Below, one piece after another: positions 1 to 7,174 of a stretch of 8,570 nt of DNA. Source of the DNA: a virus (Duplodnaviria; Heunggongvirae; Uroviricota; Caudoviricetes); IMG/VR virus record IMGVR_UViG_2648501498_000017, positions 1 to 8,570 of that record, one strand, 5' to 3'. The position numbers were made by a program, and so were the translations under genes. Within the stretch, counting starts at the first letter, position 1; each line of letters starts with the position of its first letter. The notes beneath the pieces are model-generated. The model was not told the origin of the DNA. It made no database searches and worked only from the letters and a program-made list of their open reading frames with translations.

Positions 1-383
1 ATTGTAGTTATTTTATGCATATCAATTAATCCTCGACGTAATACCTCCAGCAATTTATCTTCTATATCATTAAGATCATTTACAACATCCTGAGCAGCCG
101 AACTTAATTTATTAGCCTCCAAAAACATAGACTCTGAAATATAATAGGACATAACTTCGCAAAAAACATCGTGTCCCATTTTCTTTAATTTTCTTTTTAA
201 AACGGGATCATTAACTTCAATACAGAAATTTTGCCCATAAGAGCTTTTAAAACTCTGCTTTAGCTGTGTCCTAATATCATTAACACTCGTTCTTCTTTCC
301 GAAACCTCTTTTTTTAAAATTGCCTCAGCCATAGTTGAAACAACTCTAGAAGTTCCTGCCAGGGTCTTCAACCCATAATCCAT
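1..383 (-). CDS. Hypothetical protein, N-terminal part only (at least 127 aa; runs off the left edge of the window). AT-rich accessory gene of unknown function.
   Basis: Seen in sequence: hand translation of the minus strand gives an uninterrupted frame from ATG at 381-383 (MDYGLKTLAGTSRVVSTMAEAILKKEV...) to position 1 with no stop. It is absent from the ORF track, presumably because no stop codon lies in the window. Composition is markedly more AT-rich than the phage core genes. No family recognised. In-frame GTG (411-413) is an alternative start. Confidence 0.4.
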   Translation of the reverse strand, partial: MDYGLKTLAGTSRVVSTMAEAILKKEVSERRTSVNDIRTQLKQSFKSSYGQNFCIEVNDPVLKRKLKKMGHDVFCEVMSYYISESMFLEANKLSSAAQDVVNDLNDIEDKLLEVLRRGLIDMHKITT

Positions 384-545
384 ATCAACCTGATGATCAT
401 CGCTCTTGATCACAACATCAAAATTAATGTTCAATTTTGCAACCTTTTGTTAACTTTTATTATCCGCATCTAATTTTTATCATTAATAATGGATGACTTT
501 CAACAGATTAGCTCAAATTAGAGGGATTTCGCGCGCTCGTATCCC

Positions 546-564
546 CGCCACGCCTGCCCGCTTT
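546..564 (-). other. cos-like cohesive-end site of a P2/186-family phage (candidate)
   Basis: Seen in sequence: the minus strand reads GGCGTGGCGGGGATACGAG. From memory, 186 cos is GGCGTGGCGGGGAAAGCAT and P2 cos is GGCGAGGCGGGGAAAGCAC; the first 13 nt match my recollection of 186, the last 6 diverge. Position (beyond gene A and the tum module) and strand are as expected for a 186-like genome in this orientation. Not verified against a database. Confidence 0.4.
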
Positions 565-595
565 ATGTAGTGGTTTTCATGCACTTGCATGACAT

Positions 596-623
596 AAACA
601 AAAGCCCGCCATTCCTGGCGGGC
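596..623 (-). terminator. Rho-independent terminator-like hairpin, minus-strand sense
   Basis: Seen in sequence: GC stem GCCCGCC (604-610), loop ATTCCT, GGCGGGC (617-623). On the minus strand the stem is followed by TTTTGTTT (complement of 596-603). There is no U-tract on the plus strand. Confidence 0.45.
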
Positions 624-864
624 CTCAACTAAAACGATCCTCAAACGATCATGCGAATTCATGCGGCATAGACATGCATTGTTGCTTTATCGATCTTTTC
701 TTACTTCAAGTGAGTCCTTATGGCCTCCTGTCCACCTTGCGCTGCGCGTTCCCCCTGCCTCCCTTTGTCATAACTTAGATTTAATCATCATAAATCAAGA
801 GGTACTACACAAAGTACCAACTCACAACACTCAACAAACAGCCAATAATGAGCATAATACTAAC

Positions 865-894
865 TTGACTACTCCATAAAAAAATACGTAAACT
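865..894 (+). promoter_or_regulatory. Candidate sigma70 promoter for the 177-aa gene
   Basis: Seen in sequence: TTGACT (865-870), 18-nt spacer, TAAACT (889-894), about 45 nt upstream of the ATG at 941. Hexamers are approximate. Confidence 0.25.
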
Positions 895-940
895 ACATTC
901 ATCAACAGTATTTCTCTAAAAAAGACGGGGTCACAATTCA

Positions 941-1474
941 ATGGCTACTACCAACTGTATTACTGTACTTACTGCTCGTGGTTTAACAGAGATTTTGAAC
1001 ACAGGGGGAAGCCAAGCATGGAGACTTGACGCCAGCCATGCAGCTAAGCACGAATATTTAGTTTGTGTACAAAATTCGAGAAAGGACTGGGGATCACAAG
1101 AAGCAAAACATCATCATGCTTTTATGATCGGTCGAATCTCGGGAGTAAGCAGGGCTCCAGAAAACCCTAAACGCTGGATCATAAACATCAATTCTTATGC
1201 TGAAATTGACATCCCAGGACAATGGGATGGCAATCGGAATCCCGTTTCTTATCGCAACCTCAAAGACATTGGCATTGAGGCTGACAAGTTGGAATTTAAA
1301 GCTCTTCCCAAATTAACCCCGACTAATTCGATTGTCGATCAAGCGGGTGATGAGTACGAAGAAGAAGAAGAAGAAAATGTAGTTAAGCCGTTAACACTTC
1401 AGGAGGCAAAAGCAGGGCTAGCCCTATACTTTGGTGTTAATGAAGAAAATATTCAAATAACTATACAAGGTTAA
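941..1474 (+). CDS. Hypothetical protein, 177 aa, unknown function. Candidate accessory/cargo gene in the P2-family hotspot between gene A and cos.
   Basis: Seen in sequence: ATG-initiated ORF, transcribed opposite to the flanking phage operons, AT-rich. Contains an acidic run DEYEEEEEEN encoded by a (GAA)6 repeat. No family recognised from the sequence. SD is weak (GGGG about 13 nt upstream). Confidence 0.6.
   Translation: MATTNCITVLTARGLTEILNTGGSQAWRLDASHAAKHEYLVCVQNSRKDWGSQEAKHHHAFMIGRISGVSRAPENPKRWIININSYAEIDIPGQWDGNRNPVSYRNLKDIGIEADKLEFKALPKLTPTNSIVDQAGDEYEEEEEENVVKPLTLQEAKAGLALYFGVNEENIQITIQG
1358..1375 (+). repeat. (GAA)6 trinucleotide repeat inside the 177-aa CDS, encoding a polyglutamate run
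   Basis: Seen in sequence: gaagaagaagaagaagaa at 1358-1375, in frame. Confidence 0.9.
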
Positions 1475-1695
1475 GGCTTTTAAACCGGCATAAGTGGCCA
1501 TTACTTTTCGTTCGAAGTGGCGCTTCCGGTCTAACAAGCATCTAATAGGATTTTCGTATCTATCACAAATCCCAAAAGGTAATTTGCAGCCCATCATACG
1601 TAGCAAAACTAACGTTCGGTTAAATCTGAGCGGAAGTGAAAATAATGGTTACTGTATTTTACCCCATGACTAATGCCCCACTAAACTAGTTGTTC

Positions 1696-1745
1696 AACGT
1701 TGCTGACGTCAGAAGCAAGTTCAGACGCCAGCAACGTTTCTTAAT
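1696..1745 (+). terminator. Terminator-like hairpin between the convergent 177-aa gene and the DinI-like gene
   Basis: Seen in sequence: 15-bp stem with one mismatch, AACGTTGCTGACGTC (1696-1710) pairing with GACGCCAGCAACGTT (1724-1738), 13-nt loop, followed on the plus strand by TTCTTAAT. It overlaps the stop codon of the minus-strand DinI-like gene and may act on both strands. Confidence 0.4.
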
Positions 1746-1974
1746 GCAGCCAGCTGTCGTCTTCCCACACCTTCTGCATAATTTTCATCACTTGTTTTCT
1801 TTCTTCGTCCAGTTGCAGTCCGGTCAGTTCCACACCATTAGAGCTACCTTTACGGATACGAATTACCGCTTTGGGATACAGGGGGCGCAGATTGCGGTAA
1901 AGCTCGGATTCAAGGGCGTCCAGGGTAGACTGGCTAATTTTTTGCTCTTTATCGATCATTATTTCAATGCGCAT
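1741..1974 (-). CDS. DinI-family protein (77 aa), resembling the C-terminal DinI-like part of 186 Tum
   Basis: Seen in sequence: MRIEIMIDKEQKISQSTLDALESELYRNLRPLYPKAVIRIRKGSSNGVELTGLQLDEERKQVMKIMQKVWEDDSWLH has DinI length and the conserved ...WE..D.W C-terminus. ATG at 1972-1974 is preceded by GAGGTGA. Lies downstream of a LexA box. The ORF track's longer version (start 2046) is rejected in favour of the SD-supported ATG. Confidence 0.8.
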   Translation of the reverse strand: MRIEIMIDKEQKISQSTLDALESELYRNLRPLYPKAVIRIRKGSSNGVELTGLQLDEERKQVMKIMQKVWEDDSWLH

Positions 1975-1984
1975 AAAAGTCACC

Positions 1985-2173
1985 TCAACTGATGACATCC
2001 ATTGAGCGGCTGTATTCGTGGATTCTGATCTTTGCCATGAGTTCATCAGTCAATTCAGAAACCCACTGCAGAGCCAGCCCCTTCTCTTCATCACTACACT
2101 CACTAGCCGCTACAAGCTTAAGAAAAAAATCAATGCGCTGGAGCTTCAAAGACTCCAAAAAATAGTCCTGCAT
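1985..2173 (-). CDS. Small SOS-regulated protein (62 aa), candidate Tum-like antirepressor N-terminal module
   Basis: Seen in sequence: ATG at 2171-2173 with a strong SD (GGAGGAAAA) and a LexA box 44-59 nt upstream. Its end overlaps the DinI-like gene start by 14 nt in a different frame. The functional call is inference from synteny with the 186 tum locus. Confidence 0.5.
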   Translation of the reverse strand: MQDYFLESLKLQRIDFFLKLVAASECSDEEKGLALQWVSELTDELMAKIRIHEYSRSMDVIS

Positions 2174-2194
2174 TTTTCCTCCTATGACACCACA

Positions 2195-2260
2195 AGCAAC
2201 ACTGTATGCATAACCACTGTTTATATTTACAGTATATAATAATCTTACTGATGTAAAACG
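2195..2260 (-). promoter_or_regulatory. SOS-regulated promoter region for the tum-like operon (186 p95-like)
   Basis: Seen in sequence: on the minus strand, TTTACA (complement of 2252-2257) and TATACT (complement of 2231-2236), with the LexA box overlapping the -10 region. Spacer is short (15 nt), so the exact hexamers are uncertain. Confidence 0.4.
2217..2232. promoter_or_regulatory. LexA box (SOS box)
   Basis: Seen in sequence: CTGTTTATATTTACAG, a perfect CTGT-N8-ACAG with an AT-rich spacer, matching the consensus CTGT(AT)4ACAG. It sits just upstream of the 62-aa/DinI-like genes. Confidence 0.8.
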
Positions 2261-2326
2261 TTTTTTTACATTCATCAGCATGATATGCTTGGTATTATTA
2301 AGAGCACGAATTGTTAGCCCGCGGAA

Positions 2327-4741
2327 TTAATACAGGTTCCGCCACTGATCATCTTCCTGCAAACGCTGGTTCCGATAGAAGATACGCAGGCCTGCTCCTG
2401 ACGGAATACTGCCTCCGCGAAGGAGTAAATCGACCTCTTTCTCGCTGCCATCAAATCCTCTGGACTTCAGCTCATACACGAGCTGCAGTCGCTGATGGTC
2501 TGTAATTCGCTGTTTGTAGTCTTTACGCCGTTTCGGTTTCACCAGGCGTAACCTTGCTGCCAGTTCCCGGCGCTCTTTTTTGCTCATACTGTGCAGGTAA
2601 TCGTGCAACTCCTTGTCATCCATGCTGGTAATGTCCGTTCTGGAGTCCCCATCAGCTGATTTATCTTTCTCCTGTTGGTTCAAATTTTCAGCAAGGGGAC
2701 AGTTATTGCCACGAGTCCAAGGGGCGCAAGCGCCCTGGTCGGCAGCCGCCTCCTGAACGTCAACGGCCTTACGAACCATTTTCCACTTCACCGCATGAGT
2801 GCAGATCTTGCCCTCTGCAATGGGTGACCAGATGCCATAAATACGAATACCGTGATCGCCATAAGCGGTTGGCTCTTCGTTGATTTCATAAGCGGTTCTG
2901 ATGAGGTGATATTTACGGGGAACCAGTACGCCACCCTGCTTCATGATATAGGTGGCAAAACAACCAGCATCAGCAGCAGCCAGAATGGCATCAAGGCGCG
3001 GGTTATCCAGTACCGGCGCACCTGCTTTTTTGTCACCCTGTTGCCTTGCCGCCTGACCAGCCAGCAATCGCAGTTCACGGTAAGCCTGACGCCCCGGAAT
3101 GCCAAAGAAGCGGAATTGCTGAACACGATGCAGAGACGCCCAGGCATTAACGTATTCAGCGTTATCACGCAGGGATTTACCCGTTTCCTTGCTGATCTCC
3201 CCAGCCAGACCACGCCCGTCAATGTTCTTACTGATGTATTTCGCGATATAGCTTGTTGGCGTACCTTTGCGCGGGTTTATCAGCTCAGACTTAAAGCGTG
3301 GTCCCGTGTTATTGCCCAGCTCCTCGCGGTCTTCACGGATGGCAAACTTACGCAGTAATGCAGTGATGGCGCGGCGGTCTTTTTTACGCATGAAACACAT
3401 GAGATGCCAGTGCACAGTACCGTCATGATGCGGCTCAGCTACCCGCACGCCATACCAGCGCAACTCGGCTTTATGCATAGCCTTACGAAATGCAGCAAAC
3501 ATGCCGACCAGATAATCGCTACTTTGTCTTACCGTCGCGTTTGTCCAGGTCGGGTTTGGTCTGCCGTTATTGAGCGTGGAATGGAAACGCGACGGACAGG
3601 TGATAGTGTAGAAAACGGCACAGTCACTGCGCATTTCCGCGATAAGCTCCAGACCTTTAACACAGGCCATCATCTCATTGCGGCGATGCGCCGGGTTGCT
3701 GCTGCTGGCGTTTACCACATCTTCCATATCCAGCGTGTCGCCGTCTTCGTTCACCAGTTCATGAGAACGAAAAAACTCCAGCGACTTACGGCGCTGCTCA
3801 CGTTTATGCATCACGGCTTCATAGCTGACATAGGGGGATGCTTTTTTGCTGACCAGGCAGACAGCACGCAACTGCTCTTCCCGCCATTCGCAACGCATCT
3901 TCCATAATTTCCGATACCACCAGTCGGCACACAACATACGCGCCAGCGAACCCGGGATGAGTTCATAGGGCACTGGTTTGCGGCGGTTTCTTTTCCGACG
4001 AAGTTTCTCAAACGCAGGCGGGATAACATCCAGACGCAGGGTTTCCGCTGCCACCTTTTCCCATGTCTTGCGGATTTCTTCTGGCTTAACGTCATCGGTG
4101 GCATACAAATCACCACAAGCGTCCTCAAGACACATGCTCATATGCGCTGCTACCAGGGTGGACAGGCGTTTCACCTGATCCTGGCTCATTTCAGGCAGGA
4201 TCAGCAGACCCTCCAGCCCTTGATGGCTTGCCATAAAACGGAAAGAAACAGATAGCTGACTGTCACGTACACAATCCAGTCGCTCCAGACATGGCTTAAT
4301 CGTCTCACGCAAATAGCGGGAATAAGCCTTTGGCCTGCCCAGGCTGCTGAAGTATTCAATACGTTGCATCAGCGGCTTGCTGATATGGGAAGGCTGGGCG
4401 TTTACGTCCGCCAGAATGACCATGTCCGGATTAAAACGCTGCTGCTCATGCGCCAGCTTTGCCCGGCTAATGAGCTTATCCTGCTCCATTTCGCGCTGGA
4501 CAGGATCACGGGATTCATTAAAGAAATAACGCTCCCAGACCTGCTCACTCAGTGCCTCGCGGCGCAGTTGTTCCTGCTCGTTATCGGCAGCGTACAGAGT
4601 GATCAGGTTTGAAAGTGCAGACTCCGGCGCAACTTCCGCCGGGTCCAGATAAGGGTTAATGGCCTTTTTCGAGCCGTTCCATGAAAATGCTGCGGCGGCC
4701 TCGTTAAAGCCGCTGCAATTGTTCATATCGTCATGACTCAT
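2327..4741 (-). CDS. A: Replication initiation endonuclease gpA (P2/186 gene A family; rolling-circle HUH nickase), 804 aa
   Basis: Seen in sequence: HUH-type motif TVHWHLMCF (HWH codons at 3404-3412) and paired catalytic tyrosines [10 protein letters not shown] (3236-3250), resembling the phiX174/P2 A-protein YxxKY active site. Size matches P2 gpA (about 760 aa). The ATG at 4739-4741 overlaps the dam stop as ATGA. The GTG-initiated start at 4747 in the ORF track is rejected. Confidence 0.9.
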   Translation of the reverse strand: MSHDDMNNCSGFNEAAAAFSWNGSKKAINPYLDPAEVAPESALSNLITLYAADNEQEQLRREALSEQVWERYFFNESRDPVQREMEQDKLISRAKLAHEQQRFNPDMVILADVNAQPSHISKPLMQRIEYFSSLGRPKAYSRYLRETIKPCLERLDCVRDSQLSVSFRFMASHQGLEGLLILPEMSQDQVKRLSTLVAAHMSMCLEDACGDLYATDDVKPEEIRKTWEKVAAETLRLDVIPPAFEKLRRKRNRRKPVPYELIPGSLARMLCADWWYRKLWKMRCEWREEQLRAVCLVSKKASPYVSYEAVMHKREQRRKSLEFFRSHELVNEDGDTLDMEDVVNASSSNPAHRRNEMMACVKGLELIAEMRSDCAVFYTITCPSRFHSTLNNGRPNPTWTNATVRQSSDYLVGMFAAFRKAMHKAELRWYGVRVAEPHHDGTVHWHLMCFMRKKDRRAITALLRKFAIREDREELGNNTGPRFKSELINPRKGTPTSYIAKYISKNIDGRGLAGEISKETGKSLRDNAEYVNAWASLHRVQQFRFFGIPGRQAYRELRLLAGQAARQQGDKKAGAPVLDNPRLDAILAAADAGCFATYIMKQGGVLVPRKYHLIRTAYEINEEPTAYGDHGIRIYGIWSPIAEGKICTHAVKWKMVRKAVDVQEAAADQGACAPWTRGNNCPLAENLNQQEKDKSADGDSRTDITSMDDKELHDYLHSMSKKERRELAARLRLVKPKRRKDYKQRITDHQRLQLVYELKSRGFDGSEKEVDLLLRGGSIPSGAGLRIFYRNQRLQEDDQWRNLY

Positions 4742-5595
4742 ACACACACTCTGTACACGGCAGAACTATCCACGCCACGCGAAGGATCAAATCCCAACCA
4801 GCAGCTCGGCCCGGAAACAGCAATGATTTCTGTTGCAGATTTACCCTCGCCAGCTGACACGCCGATGCTGCGTTTTGCCTTGATATAGTGGTGAGTAAAA
4901 TTGCGATACAGCGAACGAATCAGGGATGTGTCATTGTTAGAAACAATGACCGGATGTCCTTCTGATGACCGATGTTCAAGAATGGATGCCAGGTGATACT
5001 GGTCATCTTCAGTGAAACCATCAGTGTGATAGCCGGAAAACGTACCGTCATACGGCGGATCGCAATACACCACATCCCCCACCTGCAGCATCGCCAGCGT
5101 TTCATCAAAGCTCGCGCAGATAAACGTTGCCCGCTGGGCTTTCTCTGCAAATGCGCGAATTTCTTTTTCAGGGAAATACGGATTTTTATAATTACCGTAG
5201 GGAATGTTGAAATACCCGCTCTTGTTATAGCGACATAAACCACGGTAACCGTGACGATTGAGATATAGGAAATATATCGCCTTCATGAAATCAGTAATTT
5301 CAGTTGAGTAATTAAACTCCTGTCTTATGTTGTAATAAGCCAGCTCACTGTTTGCTTCCTCAAATAAAACTTTGGCACGAGATATAAACGCTTCGCAATC
5401 AGCGGCAATCTTTTTATAGAGGTTGATTAAATCAGGATTAATATCCGCAACCAGATAGCTGGGGTAATCCGTCGCCATCATCACAGCACAAGAACCCGCG
5501 AAAGGTTCAACCAGTCGCGGGCCAGCAGGAAGGTATTTTTTCAGTTCGGACATAATGGCGGTTTTATTACCCGCCCATTTCAGGATGGTGCTCAT
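4738..5595 (-). CDS. dam: DNA adenine methyltransferase (Dam/D12 class, N6-adenine), 285 aa
   Basis: Seen in sequence: N-terminal [11 protein letters not shown]...EPFAGSCAV (AdoMet-binding motif) and the catalytic DPPY in [13 protein letters not shown] at 5593-5595 with GGAGG upstream, overlapping the upstream stop as ATGA. The longer version in the ORF track (start 5655) is rejected. Confidence 0.9.
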   Translation of the reverse strand: MSTILKWAGNKTAIMSELKKYLPAGPRLVEPFAGSCAVMMATDYPSYLVADINPDLINLYKKIAADCEAFISRAKVLFEEANSELAYYNIRQEFNYSTEITDFMKAIYFLYLNRHGYRGLCRYNKSGYFNIPYGNYKNPYFPEKEIRAFAEKAQRATFICASFDETLAMLQVGDVVYCDPPYDGTFSGYHTDGFTEDDQYHLASILEHRSSEGHPVIVSNNDTSLIRSLYRNFTHHYIKAKRSIGVSAGEGKSATEIIAVSGPSCWLGFDPSRGVDSSAVYRVCV

Positions 5596-5819
5596 ACAGC
5601 ACCTCCGTTGTAATGTTTGCCTTTCAGCTCTGCGATTTCCTGGCAGGTAATGCAAAGCTGCACTCCAGGAATGGCACGGCGGCGTGCTGGCGGAATTGGC
5701 GCTTCACACTCAACGCAAAGCACGCGGGACACGCCCGGCGTTTTGGCACGAGCAGCACGGATATGGCGTTGGCGTTCTTCTTCAACGCGCTGCTGTACGA
5801 GATCCATTGCATCAGCCAT
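5592..5819 (-). CDS. TraR/DksA-family C4 zinc-finger protein (75 aa)
   Basis: Seen in sequence: CVECEAPIPPARRRAIPGVQLCITCQE is a CxxC-N17-CxxC zinc finger typical of TraR/DksA proteins common in P2-like phages. The ATG overlaps the upstream stop (TGATG). Confidence 0.75.
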   Translation of the reverse strand: MADAMDLVQQRVEEERQRHIRAARAKTPGVSRVLCVECEAPIPPARRRAIPGVQLCITCQEIAELKGKHYNGGAV

Positions 5820-6052
5820 CAGTGGATCTCCTGCGCTTCGTTCTGGATTGCTTCAGCAGTCACACGCAGCAGTTCTGCCGCTTCGACGTGGTTTAGCTGG
5901 CGGGAGGTGATATGACACGCCAGGCTATCGAGGCGAGCAGCCATTGCTTCAGCCCTTGCCCGGCGTTCTTCCAGACGAGCCTCTGTCAGTAAAAGATTAA
6001 GACCTGCATCATCCGGTCCGGTTTTGGTCGTGAGGGTTTCAATATTACGCAT
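5819..6052 (-). CDS. Hypothetical early-operon protein (77 aa)
   Basis: Seen in sequence: ATG at 6050-6052 with SD CAGGAGAA, translationally coupled to the downstream TraR-like gene. Function unknown. The TTG start at 6058 in the ORF track is rejected. Confidence 0.55.
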   Translation of the reverse strand: MRNIETLTTKTGPDDAGLNLLLTEARLEERRARAEAMAARLDSLACHITSRQLNHVEAAELLRVTAEAIQNEAQEIH

Positions 6053-6119
6053 AAGCAATTCTCCTGAATTTAGATAAAGGGATGCCCGGCGGGTTTACGC
6101 CATTAATTTCATTAGTTGG

Positions 6120-6461
6120 TTAATTCGGCATGGTTAGCCGTCTGGGAAATAAGCTCACCACTGCACGAAAATGATTCATTGCTTTAATCAACTCCCGCTT
6201 TTCGTCAGTGGTCAGCTCATTAATGCTGATGCTATGACGTTCAGCTGGAATTTTTGCCATAAAGAATATGGCAGCCAGTGCCCGTTTATTTTGTTCATTA
6301 TTGATATCCCGTGGATCACGCATATCTTTAATAAACCGCTCAAGCTCTGACTCAATATTCAAACCAAAAACTTTCGCCCTTAACTCCGCAATATGATTAA
6401 GTCCATTCAGGCGTTCACCGGGTCTTAATGGAACAGTCGCCGCAGCGCCTTCAATAGCCAT
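6120..6461 (-). CDS. Hypothetical early-operon protein (113 aa); sits where 186 has dhr, but this is synteny only
   Basis: Seen in sequence: ATG at 6459-6461 preceded by GGGGGAA. Overlaps the end of the upstream 66-aa gene by 37 nt in another frame. Confidence 0.5.
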   Translation of the reverse strand: MAIEGAAATVPLRPGERLNGLNHIAELRAKVFGLNIESELERFIKDMRDPRDINNEQNKRALAAIFFMAKIPAERHSISINELTTDEKRELIKAMNHFRAVVSLFPRRLTMPN

Positions 6462-6625
6462 TTGTTCCCCCGTTTTTTCGTAGATAGTTCTGCCAGCAAT
6501 TCATCTTGTGAACGGCACGGATGCCAGCGTTTTCCATCCTCACCCATGATCCAGCCGTGACCGTAGTGCATTGCCGGGCTTTGCTTTACCAGCAGCGATG
6601 CAAATGATGGTTCTTTCGTCAGCAT
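6425..6625 (-). CDS. Small early protein (66 aa); sits where 186 has fil, but this is synteny only
   Basis: Seen in sequence: ATG at 6623-6625 with SD GAGGTG, 8 nt after the CII stop. The longer version in the ORF track (start 6655) would overlap CII and is rejected. Confidence 0.45.
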   Translation of the reverse strand: MLTKEPSFASLLVKQSPAMHYGHGWIMGEDGKRWHPCRSQDELLAELSTKKRGNKWLLKALRRLFH

Positions 6626-6632
6626 AAGCACC

Positions 6633-7142
6633 TCACAGCAAACCGAATGAAGCACCGAGGCCAGTCACGGTATCAACTGCACTCGCCATCGCAGGGTTAG
6701 CCTGTAAACGGGCCTGCAATGAAACAGCAGCCAACGCCATCAGTCGTGTTACAGAGTTAATGCTGCTGATAGCATCACGACGACCTGCACTGGTTTTTAC
6801 ATCGCCAGATACCGCACCTGCAGCAACACGCCCGATCTCTGCGGTTGCACTCATGACGTAATGTGGCAGTTTCTCTTTTGCCACCTCATTAATCGGTACG
6901 CATGGCAGGCAGTGAATCTGAGCCAGAAAACCATCTACCAGCGTTGAATCTTCAGTCAGATCGGTAAGCAGCCAGATTTCTGGTGCGGTTAATAAATGAG
7001 GTTGCGCTGGGTTCAACTTGTTCCGCAGAATCTGCACATTCATGCCAGCACGTTCTGCCAGTTGCACCAGGTTGTGGCGCAATGCGAATGCACGACAGGC
7101 TTCATCAAAATGTGGATGTTTGGAAACTTGGTAATCAAACAT
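6633..7142 (-). CDS. cII: 186 CII-like transcriptional activator (169 aa, HTH)
   Basis: Seen in sequence: [48 protein letters not shown]... matches my recollection of 186 CII (169 aa, N-terminal HTH) in sequence character, length and position after apl. ATG at 7140-7142; the TTG start at 7148 in the track is rejected. Identity is from recall, not a search. Confidence 0.75.
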   Translation of the reverse strand: MFDYQVSKHPHFDEACRAFALRHNLVQLAERAGMNVQILRNKLNPAQPHLLTAPEIWLLTDLTEDSTLVDGFLAQIHCLPCVPINEVAKEKLPHYVMSATAEIGRVAAGAVSGDVKTSAGRRDAISSINSVTRLMALAAVSLQARLQANPAMASAVDTVTGLGASFGLL

Positions 7143-7174
7143 GGTCAATGCCTCTGATGTATTTCAGAATCGAA

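Noticed and set aside
661-879. 72-aa plus-strand ORF in the cos-proximal intergenic region
   Set aside because: Low-complexity, proline/leucine/histidine-rich translation with no convincing RBS, lying across the cos-flanking non-coding region. Most likely a chance ORF.
1424-1606. 60-aa minus-strand ORF overlapping the 3' end of the 177-aa gene
   Set aside because: Short, no RBS, overlaps a better-supported gene. Likely spurious.
1690-2239. Plus-strand ORFs 1690..1992 and 2018..2239 opposite the DinI-like/tum-like genes
   Set aside because: Antisense to genes with recognisable DinI features, strong SDs and an upstream LexA box. No start signals of their own.
2311-2505. 64-aa plus-strand ORF across the gpA stop region
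   Set aside because: Antisense to the gpA C-terminus with no supporting signals.
2852-4612. Several ORFs of 66-168 aa on both strands inside the gpA gene (2852..3358, 2941..3222, 3404..3907, 3811..4128, 3978..4178, 4364..4612)
   Set aside because: All are antisense or out-of-frame shadows of the 804-aa gpA reading frame, which carries clear HUH and tyrosine motifs. None has an independent start signal.
4742-4747. Longer N-terminal extensions in the six-frame track (gpA from 4747, dam from 5655, cII from 7148, cI from 7516, 77-aa from 6058, 66-aa from 6655)
   Set aside because: These start at GTG/TTG codons translated as M in the track. In each case an in-frame ATG with an SD and/or an ATGA-type overlap with the upstream gene gives a more plausible start.
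4920-5243. ORFs on both strands inside dam (4920..5243 minus, 4972..5238 plus)
   Set aside because: Shadow ORFs within the Dam coding sequence. The Dam frame has the diagnostic DPPY and AdoMet-binding motifs.
5613-5915. Plus- and minus-strand ORFs overlapping the TraR-like and 77-aa genes (5613..5915, 5617..5910, 5624..5812, 5684..5896)
   Set aside because: Arg/Ala-rich translations typical of wrong-frame reading through GC-rich coding sequence. The zinc-finger frame is the coherent one.
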